This document shows positions 22,153-34,800 of a stretch of DNA of 64,000 nucleotides, piece after piece; the first letter of the stretch is position 1, and every line of letters begins with the position of its first letter. Position numbers and translations under genes: made by a program. Source of the DNA: Azolla caroliniana (lineage: Eukaryota > Plantae > Polypodiophyta); the NCBI GenBank assembly GCA_043228905.1, contig JBHGNT010000022.1, forward strand, positions 7,192,001 through 7,256,000. Direction: 5' to 3'. The notes beneath the pieces were generated by a model. That model was not told where the DNA came from. It made no database searches and saw nothing but the letters and a program-made list of their open reading frames with translations.

Positions 22153-23784
22153 TCAATGAAGATATTGTGTTATCTTTGAGTGCCAAGCACGTGGTGCTTG
22201 CTTAAGGCCGTAGAGAGGCTTCTTGAGTCGGCAGATGGTTTTCGGATGAATGTTGGATTCGAAGCCGGGTGGTTGTACCATGTACACCTCCTCTTCTAAT
22301 TCGCCTCGAAGAAAAGCGTTCTTGACATCCATCTGGTGGAGGTGCCACCCTTTCGCTGCTGCAAGCGCTATCACGGTTCGCACGGTTATCATCTTTGCCA
22401 CCAGGGCAAAGGTCTCTTCATAGTCGACGCCCTGTGTTTGTGCATAGCCCTTTCCTACGAGTCGAGCTTTGTAGCGGTTGAGGGAACCGTCGGCATTATA
22501 CTTCACTTTGTATATCCATCTGCAGCCGATTGCCTTTTTGTGCGGTGAGTGAGGGACGAGATCCCATGTCTCATTCTTGCTGAGAGCTTGCATCTCCTCG
22601 TTCATCGCTTCGACCCATTGAGGATCTTTAGCGGCTTCGGCAAAGCTCTCCGGTTCTCGAACTGTTGCCACCTTCATCATAAAGGTATAGTGGTATGCCA
22701 TATGGTCATTGTAGCCGAATCGGCTAACTGTATTCTTCTCTTGGGTGGAGTGACGGAGTTTCTCATTTGTTGATGTGAGTGCTTTCTCAACTCTAGGTGG
22801 CCTCATAAGAGGCACATCAAAGCCATTGAACTCACTATCGAGTGAATGAGTCGATTTGTTGCCATCAAAGTGATCGTCCTCGTATTCCGGCATTTTGGCC
22901 TTGCCTTTGTCCATCTTTGGACTTGGCCGAGATGAGCTTTGGTTGGTCGGAGGCTCTTCTGGTCCGCTCAATCTAGTTGAGATCAGACTCTCTTCGAGTA
23001 TTGACCTTAGTTGATCATCGTCTTTTGTGTTGTCGAGGTCATTCGTAGATGGTTCGGGAGGAGTCGGCTCGGGTTTGTACCATGATGTCGATTCGTCAAA
23101 GACGACATCCCGACTAACACGAGTCTTCCGAGTAGAGGGGTTGAAGCACTTGTACTCCTTCTGCTCCTGTGAGTACCCCACGAGGATGCACTTCTCTGAT
23201 TTTGGGTCAAGCTTCTGCCGCTTCTCATCAGGAATGTGCACGTATGCAATGGAGCTGAATATCCTTACATGGGATAGATCTGGCTTCTTCCCATAGTATT
23301 TCTCGTGCGGGGTGACCTCGTGCACTCCGGATGTTGTGCACCGGTTCATGAGGTAGATGACGGTATTTGCAGCTTTTGCCCAATATGACTTGGGCATATG
23401 CTTCTCATTTAGCATGGCCCTTGCTACTTCGAGGATGTGCCGATTCTTGCGTTCGACTACACCGTTCTGTTGTGGTGTGTGTCGGCAAGTGAATTCTCGC
23501 CGAATTCCTTCTTGTCGAAGGTATGCCGTGAACGCATTGGAGAAGTATTCCTTTCCTCCGTTTGACCGAAGACATTGTACATGACGCCCAGTTGTCTTTT
23601 CGACTTCGCTTTTGAATTTTTGGAAGTGTGTAAACACTTTCCTCTTCATCCTCATGGGAAAGATCCATGTGAATCTAGAAAAGTCATCGATGAAGGTAAC
23701 ATAGTATCGACATCCTCTAAACGTAGCCATTTGTGCCAGTCCCCACACATTCGAGTGGACTACGTCCAATAGGCCTTTGCTCAT
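22153..23784 (-). pseudogene. Copia integrase-RT fragment (543 aa)
   Basis: [43 protein letters not shown]; bounded by a frameshift and a stop. Confidence 0.9.
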
Positions 23785-24254
23785 GTTCCTCTCCTTCGGG
23801 AACGGGTGTCAATGTTGGTTGCCGAATTGGCATGCTTCACATACTCCTTCAATCTCTTTCTCTTTGAAGGTTTGGAGCCCAATGACGACTCCTTTCAATT
23901 TCATTGCTTTGAGTTTGTTGAGATTGATGTGGCTGATTCGCTTGTGCCATAGCTCTATGTCGGAGTTGGCTTTCGTGCTTTTTGCGAACATGGCAGATTT
24001 CACCTCGTGTGAATCGAGAATGAACATCCGGCCCTCTCTTCTTCGGCGCGCGATGATTCGGCCCTCTTTTTTGATGAGGCACCCTTCTTGGTCGAATCGT
24101 ACTTGTATACCTTGCTCAACCATTTGGCCGACCAAGACCAAGTTCTTCATGATGGTGGGAACATGCAAGACATTTTTAATGTATGTTTGTTTACCTCTTT
24201 CGCCAAACGGAACATTGATGATGTGCCAAATCAGGTGCGTAGTGTCATCTCCGG

Positions 24255-25452
24255 TGTCGTGTGAATCTTCTCACACTATGTAAAAAATAATAATAAATAA
24301 TAAAATAAGTACTTTATATTAGCTTAATGGTATGTTAGGGAAAATAGAACTATTATTTATCCCACATAGATAGGAAACTTAAGGCCCTGGAAAATAGAAC
24401 TATTATTTATCCCACATAGATAGGAAACTTAAGGCCCTGGCTATATAAGCACCTTGAGTCCCTCATTTTCCTTTGTGCTAAGAGCACTTTGGCCACTTTG
24501 TCTTGATGGATGATGGCGGCCAAGTTCCCAAAAACCAGAAGCCGACCGACAAGCAAAACCGGAAATCGGGCCGACAAGCAAAACCGGAACCGGGTCTGCA
24601 AGCAAAACCGGAAACCGGGCCGGCAAGCAAAACCGGAAACCGGCCGGCAAGCAAAATCGGAAACCGGCCGGTAAGCAAAATCGGAAACCGGATGGTAAGC
24701 AAACCGGATCCGGCGGCAGAGCCAACGAGGCGGCGGCAATGGGCGACCGGACGAGGTTGGACGCAAATTGAATGGATAAAAGGATCATGTGGCTAATTAA
24801 AGAAAGGTAAAAGAGACTAAAGAAAAAGGTCATGTGGACGGTCGCATGCAACTAAAAGAAAAAGCCATGCAACTAAAAGAAGAAGCTATGCAACTAAAAG
24901 TAGAGGCCATGCAACAAAAAGTAGACATGTGTATGATCAACGGGGAACTCCATATATATTCCATTTTTTTCCTATACTCATATGCTCTCCAATATATGAT
25001 TTTTTATTTTCTTTTCCTTCTTAGCTCTTTTATCTTAGGGAAGCCATAACTCTCAAGTAAACCACAATCTTCCCTACGGAAGCCATAACACTCAAAAACC
25101 CTAATCTTCCCTACGGAAGTGATAACACTCAAAACCCCTAATCTTCCCTATGGAAGCTATAACACTCAAAAACCCTAATTTTCCCTACAGAATCCAAAAA
25201 CCCTAATTTTCTATAGAATTCATATCTTAATTTCCTCTTATCTATTTCTCTAGTAATCTCCATTAGCTAAACTTTTTGTAATCTCAATCTTGAGATTGAT
25301 TGTAATCTTTCTTTTCCTTTGTTAATGAAAATTATTAAATTTCTTATTTCCGTTAATTGTTAAAAATATAAACACACGAATCTGATATCTTCCGGTCAGA
25401 GGCCTCGGGGTCCTGCCTCAAGTTCACATATCCTCGTCATATTTTCGCGACA
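24255..25452 (+). mobile_element. Solo LTR (1198 bp) of the TGTCGT..CGACA Gypsy group, rich in internal tandem repeats
   Basis: TGTCGTG...TCGCGACA termini and perfect 4-bp TSD CCGG. It interrupts ETG|DDTT of the host Copia. No PBS, PPT or pol inside. Confidence 0.88.
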
Positions 25453-26398
25453 CCGGTTTCGACATAACCAGGTCGCTCCGACCCTCGAAGTTCGAGAAAC
25501 CATTCTTTATGAGATGTCATATGGTTTGAGGCTCCGGAGTCAACAAACCATACGTCCTCCGGATTGAGGGCACTAGTTGAGGTAGAGGCTGACATAGAGT
25601 TTGCTCTATGTTTCATCATGAACATTCCGCCATGGTTGGAGTTGTGTGCATACATTCCGCCACGATCTTCGTAGTCGGAGTTGAGCCCGTACATTCCGCT
25701 ATACTCTTCGTAGTTGGAATTGTGCACGTAATTCGTGAGTTGTCGGCTTGTGGAAGCCGATTCGCGCATCTTCTTCGGGCACTCTTCTGCATGGTGGCCG
25801 AGCTTTCTGCAATATCCGCATTCGGTTGCGTTTTGACGGCTCGGGCCGGAGTGGAAGCTCCCCTTTCTTGCGAAGGTTCCTTGTTGGCTTCCGTTTTGCG
25901 GCCGAAATTGGGAGTTGTTGTCGTAGGTTGGACCTCGTCCGCCTTGTCCTTGGCCGAATCGGCCTCTCGCCAACACATGTCGCCAAGCAATACATTACTT
26001 GACTCGCCGCTTGCTCCCATGTTGAGTAGTCGGCGTCTTCCGGGTCAGGTCAGTTTTCTTGTGCTCCCTTGATGTAACCCCAATAGCCTTGGCTGACAAG
26101 GTATTGGTGCATCTTGTACTCCCAAGATGCGAAGTTGTTTCAGTCCAACTTCTCGCTATGGAGAGCACTCCCCATTTGAGTATTCATGGTGTTCGATGTA
26201 GATTTCTTCCTTTTTCTTCTCTCTTGAATACGAGCTATGTAGTCGCACTACGATAGCGATGAGCCGGTTCTTCTTGAACGTCGGCGTAGAGCTCAACACT
26301 CGCGGATGGGCTACATGGAGCTACCAAACCGCGTAAAGAATCGGTGGTGATTCTTGTGCAGCGGAATAGACTAGAGATATGTGTTGTGAGTGTGTGTG

Positions 26399-26441
<43 letters not shown>

Positions 26442-28836
26442 CAAGATAGATAGATTTTAAACAAGAATAGAATACTCAAGACAATGTATATTACAAAGGA
26501 GATTAACCGAACTTATTACAAAGTAGGAGGAAAGTGCTTTATATAGTCACTCTCTCTCTTCATTAACTACTGAAGCTCATGGGTCATGGGGAATGTGAAA
26601 GCTCATTAGTTATGTGTCATAGAATATGATTCTATGATACATAGTTAATGTGTGGAGAAGAGTGGTGACTTTTGACCTTTGAGTGCACACTCTCAAGGGT
26701 GTGTTCACACACTAGACTAGGTTGAGCTTGATTCTCAACAAATATTCCTCGACAGCCTTGCACCACGGTTCGGAATGATGAGGACCGCTGTACTAGCATG
26801 GGGGAATTCACCCTCCTTCAATCTTCAATCCATGTTGTTGGTTGAAGAAAATCATCTTCGAACAAGGAGCAATGCTTCGGAAGGCCACATGCTCAACACA
26901 CATTCGAAAGGAGGAAGAGGACGCAACCGAGAAAGAGGCCGATTCGGCCAAGAACGAGGCGGACGAGGTTTGACTCACGAAAACAACTCCCAATTTCGGC
27001 AACAAGTCAGAAGTCATCGAGGAACCTTTGGAAGAAGGGGGAGCTTCCATTATGGTCCGAGCTGATAAAAGTCAATTGAATGTGGATATTGTGGCAAACT
27101 CAGTCACCACGAAGAAGAGAACCGAAAGAAGATGCATCAATAGGCTTCTTGTTGAGTGACAAGCTCAACATTGGGTGCATAATACGGCGCGTGACCTAGT
27201 GCGTAGACTAGACGCGCAAGTTAGTATGGATAACTTGGCCGTATCGGTGCATAAACCGAAAGGACTTTAGAGAAATATTCCTCGTAAGGAATAATTTTGG
27301 GCGTGAGTGTCGAGGCTCATTTATGAGCAGTCAAGTACTGTCAGTACTTGTGTTAGCCCGATAGTTAGGGCTTGTATAAAAGGTGCTCACTGAGCATGAA
27401 GAATGTACAGAGAGTCATTATTTTGAAATAGAATTGAGTTGTTTGGTCTCTCTTTGTCTCTCTTTTTGCGTTTACCGAATTGTCTTATTTCCGAACTATG
27501 CACTCTGTGTTTACGCACACGCTTCTGCACACGTATTCTTTTACATGGTATCAGTGCGCGAGGGTTGAAGCCTCTGCAGCCGACAAGAAAAGCTTGCGAC
27601 AAAACAGAGTTGAAGTTGTTCTTCGTGTTTTTGTTTGGAAAAGAAAAAGACAACAATATGGACAGAGGTATGGGAAGCTTGTTACCGATTGAAAAGCTCG
27701 ACAGGAGCAACTACGCATCTTGGTCGTACAAGATGCAGCAATATCTACTTGGTCACGGCTACTGGAGTTATGTCGAAGGAGCTAATTATGTAGCACCCGA
27801 TTCAACACAGAGAGATTTTTTGGCTTGGGAACAAGTGGGAAGCAAAGTTCTCTACTACTTTGCATTCTGTGTGAGCGACCAACTATTGAGCTATATTCGG
27901 GATGCGAAGACGCCAAAGGACACATGGGCGAATCTCAAAAAGATTTTCGCCGCAAGCAGAACGACCAGGAAGCTGCAACTCAGGCAGGAGGAGCTTAGCA
28001 ATGTCTGACAGAAAGATTTGTTTGTGGCTGATTACACGGCCCGAATCAAGGAAATCTGCAATTCTCTCTCTTCAGTCAACTGGTGCAGGTTTGCCTTGGT
28101 GGGCTAGCGTTTAGGTTCGGAGCCTTCCGAACGGTGGTCTGTACGAGGGAGAATACGCCTTTGTTCTTCGAGCTTCAGTCAATGTTGCTTGTGGAGGAAA
28201 ATCACGCAGGTGTATCGTCGACGGCAAGACGTTGTGGTCGTGGTGGACGAGGCGGATCGGCACGCAATGGAGGCGGCCGAGAAGAGTAGAATAGGTGGCA
28301 TAATCAAAATGCTGACAACAGTTCCGGACCCTCCACAAGCAAGGGGAGTCATGGCGGTGCCAGAAGCCGACAAGAGACGGCCGCGTTGTCGTGAAGATCC
28401 GTCACTACGCGCGGATCGTGAGGCGGAACCGCCGGGGTTCTGGACCGGAAGGATTCAAAGTTGGTACAAGCTTTGGCACAAGCTTTAGCGAGAAAGTACT
28501 TAAGATAGATTGGGAAAGAGAGAAGTTGAGATTAAACGATTGAGAGAGATTGATTGAACTTTTATCTTTAGATTTAAGAAACAAGTTACACGATCAATTT
28601 GATAACGAATTTCTTCTTCTTAATTTCATAACCCAAAAAAAACGCGTTTTTTCTCCTCCTCCTTCTTTTATAAAATGCATGTGAGGGTACAAGACATGCA
28701 TAAAATGCATGTTTGCCATTTGGCGCTCATGTATTACATGTGGTGCATGATAACCATGTCACTCATTTTAGCTCTCATGTATGAGAATTTACATGTAAAA
28801 GTACAATGATAGAAATATAAATTTAACTAAATGGTA

Positions 28837-28890
28837 TGGCTTAATGGTAAGCCAATTGACTCCTAACTCAAAGGTGCAAGGTTCGAATCC
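28837..28890 (+). promoter_or_regulatory. tRNA-like Pol III A-box/B-box module in LTR (antisense to LTR)
   Basis: Consensus A-box TGGCTTAATGG (28837-28847) and B-box GGTTCGAATCC (28880-28890), 43 nt apart. Confidence 0.85.
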
Positions 28891-28942
28891 TTACTTGCCC
28901 TCCTTGTATATGTATATATATTTATATATTTATTTATCTAGT

Positions 28943-29190
28943 CACCGGATGCCGTCGGTTACCGGTGCCTCGCCGGATGCCATCGTCTCACCGGCGCCGG
29001 ATGCCGTCACCTCGTCGTGACGGATGCCGTCGGTTACCGGTGCCTCGCCGGATGCCGTCACCTCACCGGCGTCGGATGTCGTCGGTTACCGGTGCCTCGC
29101 CGGATGCTGTCGTCTCACCGGCGCCAGATGCCCGCCGGATGCCGTCGTCTGACCGACGCCGGATGCCGGTGTCTCATTGGCGCCGGATCA
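28943..29190. repeat. GC-rich imperfect tandem array (CCGGATGCCGTCG units) in the solo LTR
   Basis: Repeated CCGGATGCCGTC and GGTTACCGGTGCCTCG motifs. Confidence 0.85.
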
Positions 29191-31276
29191 CCGACTCCAT
29201 CGCCGGTCCAGTTTTGGTTGGCCAAAACCCTTTACGAGTAGCTAGCCCACCTCCACTCTTAGTTCAAGTTACCTTGAACTCTTTATGCTCCACACATAGA
29301 CACAAAAATAATAACTTTTGCTCTACCTTATATATGTTGAGAGCCGTATTTGTGGTGCCTATGTGGGATATCTCACAATTTTCTCTTTTCCTTTCACAAA
29401 GTTTATACCCTCATATCTTGACATTTAGTTGTTCGTTTCTCGTGTAATAAAGTGCATTCGAAACCTCCATCATTTTGTACTTAGATATTAAATTTATTTA
29501 AAATGTTATCTTCACAATTATTGTATTATGTGATTTGTACTCCATTTTGTACGTTTTATGGGATTTTCACACTATTGCCGAAAATCTTCACGACAACGTC
29601 GGAATGTTGGTACTATGGCAAAGAAAGGCCACAAGGAGAGCGAGTGTTGGAAAAAGAGATTCGATTCAGACAAAGCCGGATTGAGCCAAAGAGACACGGA
29701 GAGGCGTCAGAGATTGCACTATGAAGAAGGCTCTATACGAGCCGAAAAAAAATCGGGCCCAGCCTTCGTAATGAACACCTCGAAATCAAGCGATGTGTGG
29801 TATGTTGATTCCGGGGCGTCAAATCATATGACGAGTCACGAGGAATGGTTCTCGTACTTGGAGAAACCAGAATCGCAAGGAGTGGTCGAAACGGGAGACA
29901 ACACTCTACATACCATTGAACATGTCGGCGAAGTTCCCCTCAGCCACGTCGGGTAGAAAGGGAAACTCATGAACGTATTGCACGTCCCGACAATAACGAA
30001 GAACCTGGTGTTGGTCAGTCAGATCGTTTGACTAGGGAATGCAGGTTCAATTCACGCATCTCGGCTGCTTCATAGAAGAGGAAGGCAAAGTAATCGCGCA
30101 AGGGCGCCGTGAAGGGAGGATGTTTATCCTCGACACTAATCAAGCTAGAACCATGTTGTATGCAAAAGGACAAAATGTCAAATCGGATATCGACCTGTGG
30201 CACGAGCGATTAAACCACGTAAATTTCCCACGGCTTCGTGAGATGTAGACGAAGAACATTGTTTTCGGCTTGCTGAAATTCCGAGGCGGTAATGGCCAAG
30301 TCTGCGAAGCTTGTCAAATAGGAAAACAACACCGACTTCCATTCCCCAATGAGCGTAGTCATAGTCGAAGTTTGCTGGATCTAATCCATTCGGATGTGTG
30401 GGGACCGGCACAGAACGTGAGTCTCGATGGAAGCCGTTACTTTGTAACCTTCATCGACGACTTCACTCGGCACAAGTGGGTATGCACAATTGCGAAGAAG
30501 AGCGAAGTCTTCGCATGTTTCTTGAAGGTGAAGAGCCTTGCGGAGAGGGAAACAGGACGTAAGATCAAATGCCTACGGTCTGATGGCGGGAAGGAGTACT
30601 TCTCCGACTAGTTCACGGGTTATCTACAAAAGGAGGGAATTCGACATGAATTCTCGTACGCCGGGGCAGAACAACATAGTCGAGTGGAAGAATTGGACAA
30701 TCAAAGAAGCGGCCAGGGCAATGCTTGAAGAGAAGCATATGACGAAATTCTATTGGGCTGAAGTCGTGAGGATGGCTATCTACCTACAGAATCGGACTTC
30801 TGCTAATGGAGGAGTGCCGCCACATGAGTTGTATTTAAGGAAGAAGCCGAACTTGGCACACTTAAGGATTTTTGGTAGCATTGCATATGTGCATGTGCCA
30901 AAGGAAAAGAGGAGGAAGTTGGACTCTGTCGTAGTGTAATTCGTACACTACGTGAAAAATTACAATTTTGGTCTCTCCGGATAGGACATGGAGTACCCAG
31001 TGAGAACCGGAAGAAGGAACCGGTAAGGACCAAAACCAGCAAGGAGACCTGCGAAGAGCCAGATGAAGAAGGCCGGTGAGAGTCGGTGAGAAACGGACGA
31101 AGAGATCGGTAAGGAGGTCCCGGTAAGAACCGGACAAAGAAAACTATCAAGCACCGGATGAAGCAGAACCGGAAAGAGCCAGATGAAGAAGGCCGGTGAG
31201 AGTCTCTCACCGGATGAAGAGACGTATTTGTAAATAGAAGAAAGTATAAAAATATATATATTACATGCATAGGGCA

Positions 31277-31330
31277 AGATTCGAACCTTGCACCTCCATG
31301 TTAATAATGTTAAGCCTTATCATTATAGTA
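31277..31330 (-). promoter_or_regulatory. tRNA-like A-box/B-box module in 5' LTR U3 (identical copy at 36928-36981)
   Basis: Degenerate A-box TACTATAATGA(TAAGG), B-box GGTTCGAATCT, 43 nt apart. Confidence 0.65.
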
Positions 31331-31826
31331 GGGTATCATGAATTTTAAAGTTATACTAAACTTTATTCCAAGTAAAATTTCTAGACATGCATGGTACAAA
31401 AGTTATTCATGCATAGACACTCGAGTTAAAAAGAAAAGATGAGATAGAAATCTAATCATGCGCATGCAGTGTGCATGAAAACTAAAGATAGAAAAAGCAT
31501 GATCCTTGCATGTGATAAACTTAGACTCTTCCAACACTATATAAGGAAGAGAGAAAGATGTATAGAGGTTGTTGATTATTTTAGAAGGGTTGATTAATAC
31601 AAGATAATCGTGGGATTCACGAATTTGCTAACTATTCTTTCTCTTTTAATTTGATTACTCACTAATACACTATACTCATGGGATTCACGAGTTTTTCATA
31701 TCTTTCTTTCTTACAATATATTTCATATTCTTAATTGCCTTAGAATTTTCATTCCTCCTAGTCCAAAACCCCAGCGGTTCCCACCCGACTCACACAACGA
31801 TCCGGAGCCGTAAGGCACGACACAAG

Positions 31827-31844
31827 TGGTGAACCCGACGTGAA
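31827..31844 (+). promoter_or_regulatory. PBS TGGTGAACCCGACGTGAA (tRNA-Trp)
   Basis: 18-nt complement of the plant cytosolic tRNA-Trp 3' end (TTCACGTCGGGTTCACCA), 4 nt after the LTR. Confidence 0.9.
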
Positions 31845-31860
31845 CACGGGTGGCAAGGAG

Positions 31861-34800
31861 ATGGAAAATCAATCGGAGGCTAACAACATGATGATGATGT
31901 TCGAGCGGATGCTTCAGGAACAACGTGCGATGTCGGAGATAGCGGCGGTAGTAGAGCGGCTCGTGCAACGGATCGGACAATTCAACGGAAAGGACGTATC
32001 GCGCTATCTTCGGGACTACAAGGCGGAAATGGTACGGTGCGGGATTTTGGAAGGACTGCAAGTGACATTCTTCAACCGGGTGGTTACCGACGGGCTTCAA
32101 GCAAGTATCCACGGGCTACGACAACAAAATCGAACGTGGGAAGCGTTTGAAGAGGCGCTAAAGACCATGTTCGCTATCGAGGACTCCTCCAAGGCAACGC
32201 GGAGAGGATTCAAGGATTGGGTAGAAACGCCGGACAAGGGGATGAAGGTCCTCGATGTGTTGTCGGCATTCAAAAGTCGGTTCAGGAGGTTGTTTGCGAG
32301 AGATCAAGCTATCCTCGCACGGAACAAAGTTATCATGTTCTTACGAGCCGTAGACGTCCGCGACCGGAAGGATCTCGGAGTGCTTCTAGAGGACACGAAT
32401 ACCGAGACTGGGAAAGCATGCGGGATATTGTTGCGCGATACACAAAGAGGGGGCAATGGCTTGCCAACGAAGAAAAGAGGGTTTCAGAACCGATTCCGAA
32501 ACCGAGATCCAGATCGGAAGACCATCAATCGCGGACTCGGGAAGCTACAACTGAGAAGGGAATTGACGCAACTATGGTGGAGTAGTTGCTGAAGGAGATG
32601 GAGAATCTAAAAATCGCGATGGTGAAGAAGTCGGATCACCATCCCACAAGTTCCAAGTATATGGACCGTCGATGCATATGGTGCGATAGCACCGAACATG
32701 ATTGGAGGGATTGCGACGAGCACAAGGAGGCGTTACGACGGGATCTTATCTACTACGAGGGAAATCGGATTCATTCGATGGACTCTCGGAAGCCACTCCA
32801 ACCGAACTTCCGGAAAGGCGGCATGAAGAAGATCCTAGAGGAGGAAATAGCGGCGAAGAACAATTACGCGACAACCGCAGGAGTACGTGTCGGGGAGTCA
32901 TCGGGAGCAAAGGTGTCTTTTTGGCCGGAAGTGCTAGAAAACACTGAGAAAACCGACTCTAACGAGATCCGAAGTACCGCGGAAGGAATCCGGGAAGCTA
33001 TGGGATGGGAGTGCCCCGTCGATAAGAATAGCGTGTTTGCTTTATGCCAATTGCATGAAGTGTATGTAGATGAGAAGCGACGACGCACGGATGAGGCGGC
33101 CAGTCCATCGAAGACACCGGAAAGCTGGAACTCCAGAGGTAAGGGAAAAGAAAAGATGATTCCGGCATTCAAGCTTTCCTCGGACATCGAACAACTAACG
33201 GACTTGAAAAAGGTGTTCGAGGAGAGAATCTTCGACAGTCGGGTAGATTTTTCGCTTGGAGAATTACTCGGAATAGCGTAGAAGGAGTTCCACGATCTTC
33301 TTGTGGATCTCATAAAGAGAAAAACGCAAAGTACGGAGGAGAACGCTCCAAGGGTGAATGCAAATACCGTTCTAATGAATGGCACTGAATTGGATGGCGA
33401 AATACCGAATTCTCACTACAGAAAACCACACTGGGCACGCGCAACTACGGAGACTCCGGTCCGAATCGGTAACATCAAAGAACCCATGCTAGCATTGATT
33501 GATCACGGATCGGAGATTAACTTGATGTCCAAGGAATTCTACCGGAAGGGTAAGTGGCCTATTAACACGAATCATGGGTGGAAGATCCGGGCGGTCACTA
33601 AAGCAATGGAAGATCTATTTGCGGCTTGTCCGGATGTGACGGTGAAGATCGGGGATGTCGAGATCGACCAAAATTTCTTCGTACAAGACGAGGTCTTACA
33701 TTCCGTGATCCTCGGGCAACCTTTTATCACGGCATCATGGATGGAGACGAAGGTGCTCGATAGCGCTGCGGCTTTTGTGCGAATTCGGAGCCAAAACGGA
33801 GGGAAATCCGTCCAATTCCTAACGGTGCCAGAAAATCATGAAAGGAACAAGAGAGAGCTCTTGTCCCAAACAAGAATGGATTTTTAGAGCAGACAGTTGC
33901 AGAGTGGGGAAGTGATAGTCCGAGAAACCCTCATACCCCACACAGGAAGAAACCTCTCAGTGCAAAACAAGTACGAATCGGTCCGGATGGGGCATCCACG
34001 TACACGGCCGTAACCGGAGGAATGAAGAAAGAATACCGAAAAGTGGAGGATAAGTTACGGTCGGCATCAATAATAAAAGAAGACGAAGAAATCGTGGGCA
34101 TAGTCGAAGAGGTGTTCTATGGAAACACAGTACAAAGGCTTGAAGAGCTCGCGGAAGATACAAGCCAAGGAAACCGGGTAATTCCGGTGGAGTCGGTCGA
34201 GATGTACGAGATCATTGTGAAAATGGGGCCGGATGCGCTCCACAAAGAAGAAGCAATGGTAAGTACGAAATACAAGACCGTGGAGAAGAAAGTGAAACCG
34301 GCCGCGGGACCATTACCCGCAGATAGCGAACAAAAGAGGAAAGAAATCTCGGGGGATCTGACACTTCGGAAGTCCATGGATATCGGACATGCCTTCACGG
34401 ATGAGACCCGGAAGAAACTTTGAATCGGTGGAGGTGGGTTCCTATTAAAGAATGAAGAAGAACGATTCCTGTGGGATGCTAGAGCGACATGGGAGAGCAT
34501 TTGCATTTACATCGAAAGAAATAGGATGCGCTGACCCGAAGATAGTGGAGCCGATGGTGATCTTCACGATTGACCACGTGCCGTGGAACCTGAAGCCGAT
34601 TCTGGTGCCACGGGCGCATATTCCTAAAATCATCGACTTGCTCAAGGAGAAGGTGGCAATGGGGATTCTAGAGCCATCAAATGCTCCGTACTCAAATCGA
34701 TGGTTTACGGTTCCGAAGAAGAATGAGTCACTCTGATTATTTCAAGATTTGCAACCGGTAAACAAGGTCACGATCCGGAACTCCGGAGTCGGTCCGATAG

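Larger units (their letters stand above)
21459..26740 (-). mobile_element. Degenerate Ty1/Copia, 3'-truncated within RNase H; 5' LTR 26332-26740; interrupted by solo LTR 24255-25452
   Basis: gag ATG at 26175 (MGSALHSEKLD), WFVDSGAS, IN-RT ORF 22153..23784, YVDDL, DADW..KKQPTVALSST ending at about 21459. The LTR starts TGTTGAGAATCAAGCTCAAC; no canonical PBS recognised. Confidence 0.9.
28387..29595 (-). mobile_element. Solo LTR (1209 bp) of the TGTCGT..ACGACA Gypsy group
   Basis: TGTCGTGAAGAT...ATCTTCACGACA 12-bp inverted termini, 4-bp TSD GCGT/ACGT. Same family as the LTR starting at 63887. Orientation inferred from U5 similarity to the 30927 and 45326 LTRs. Confidence 0.9.

Noticed and set aside
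24552-25210. Regularly spaced repeats superficially like a CRISPR array (also 28943-29190)
   Set aside because: They are head-to-tail degenerate units without unique spacers, lie inside LTRs in eukaryotic context, and no cas genes are present.
28830-28902. Possible functional tRNA gene (and the eight similar modules)
   Set aside because: A and B boxes are good but the acceptor and anticodon stems do not pair properly, and all copies lie inside LTRs. They are reported as tRNA-like promoter modules instead.
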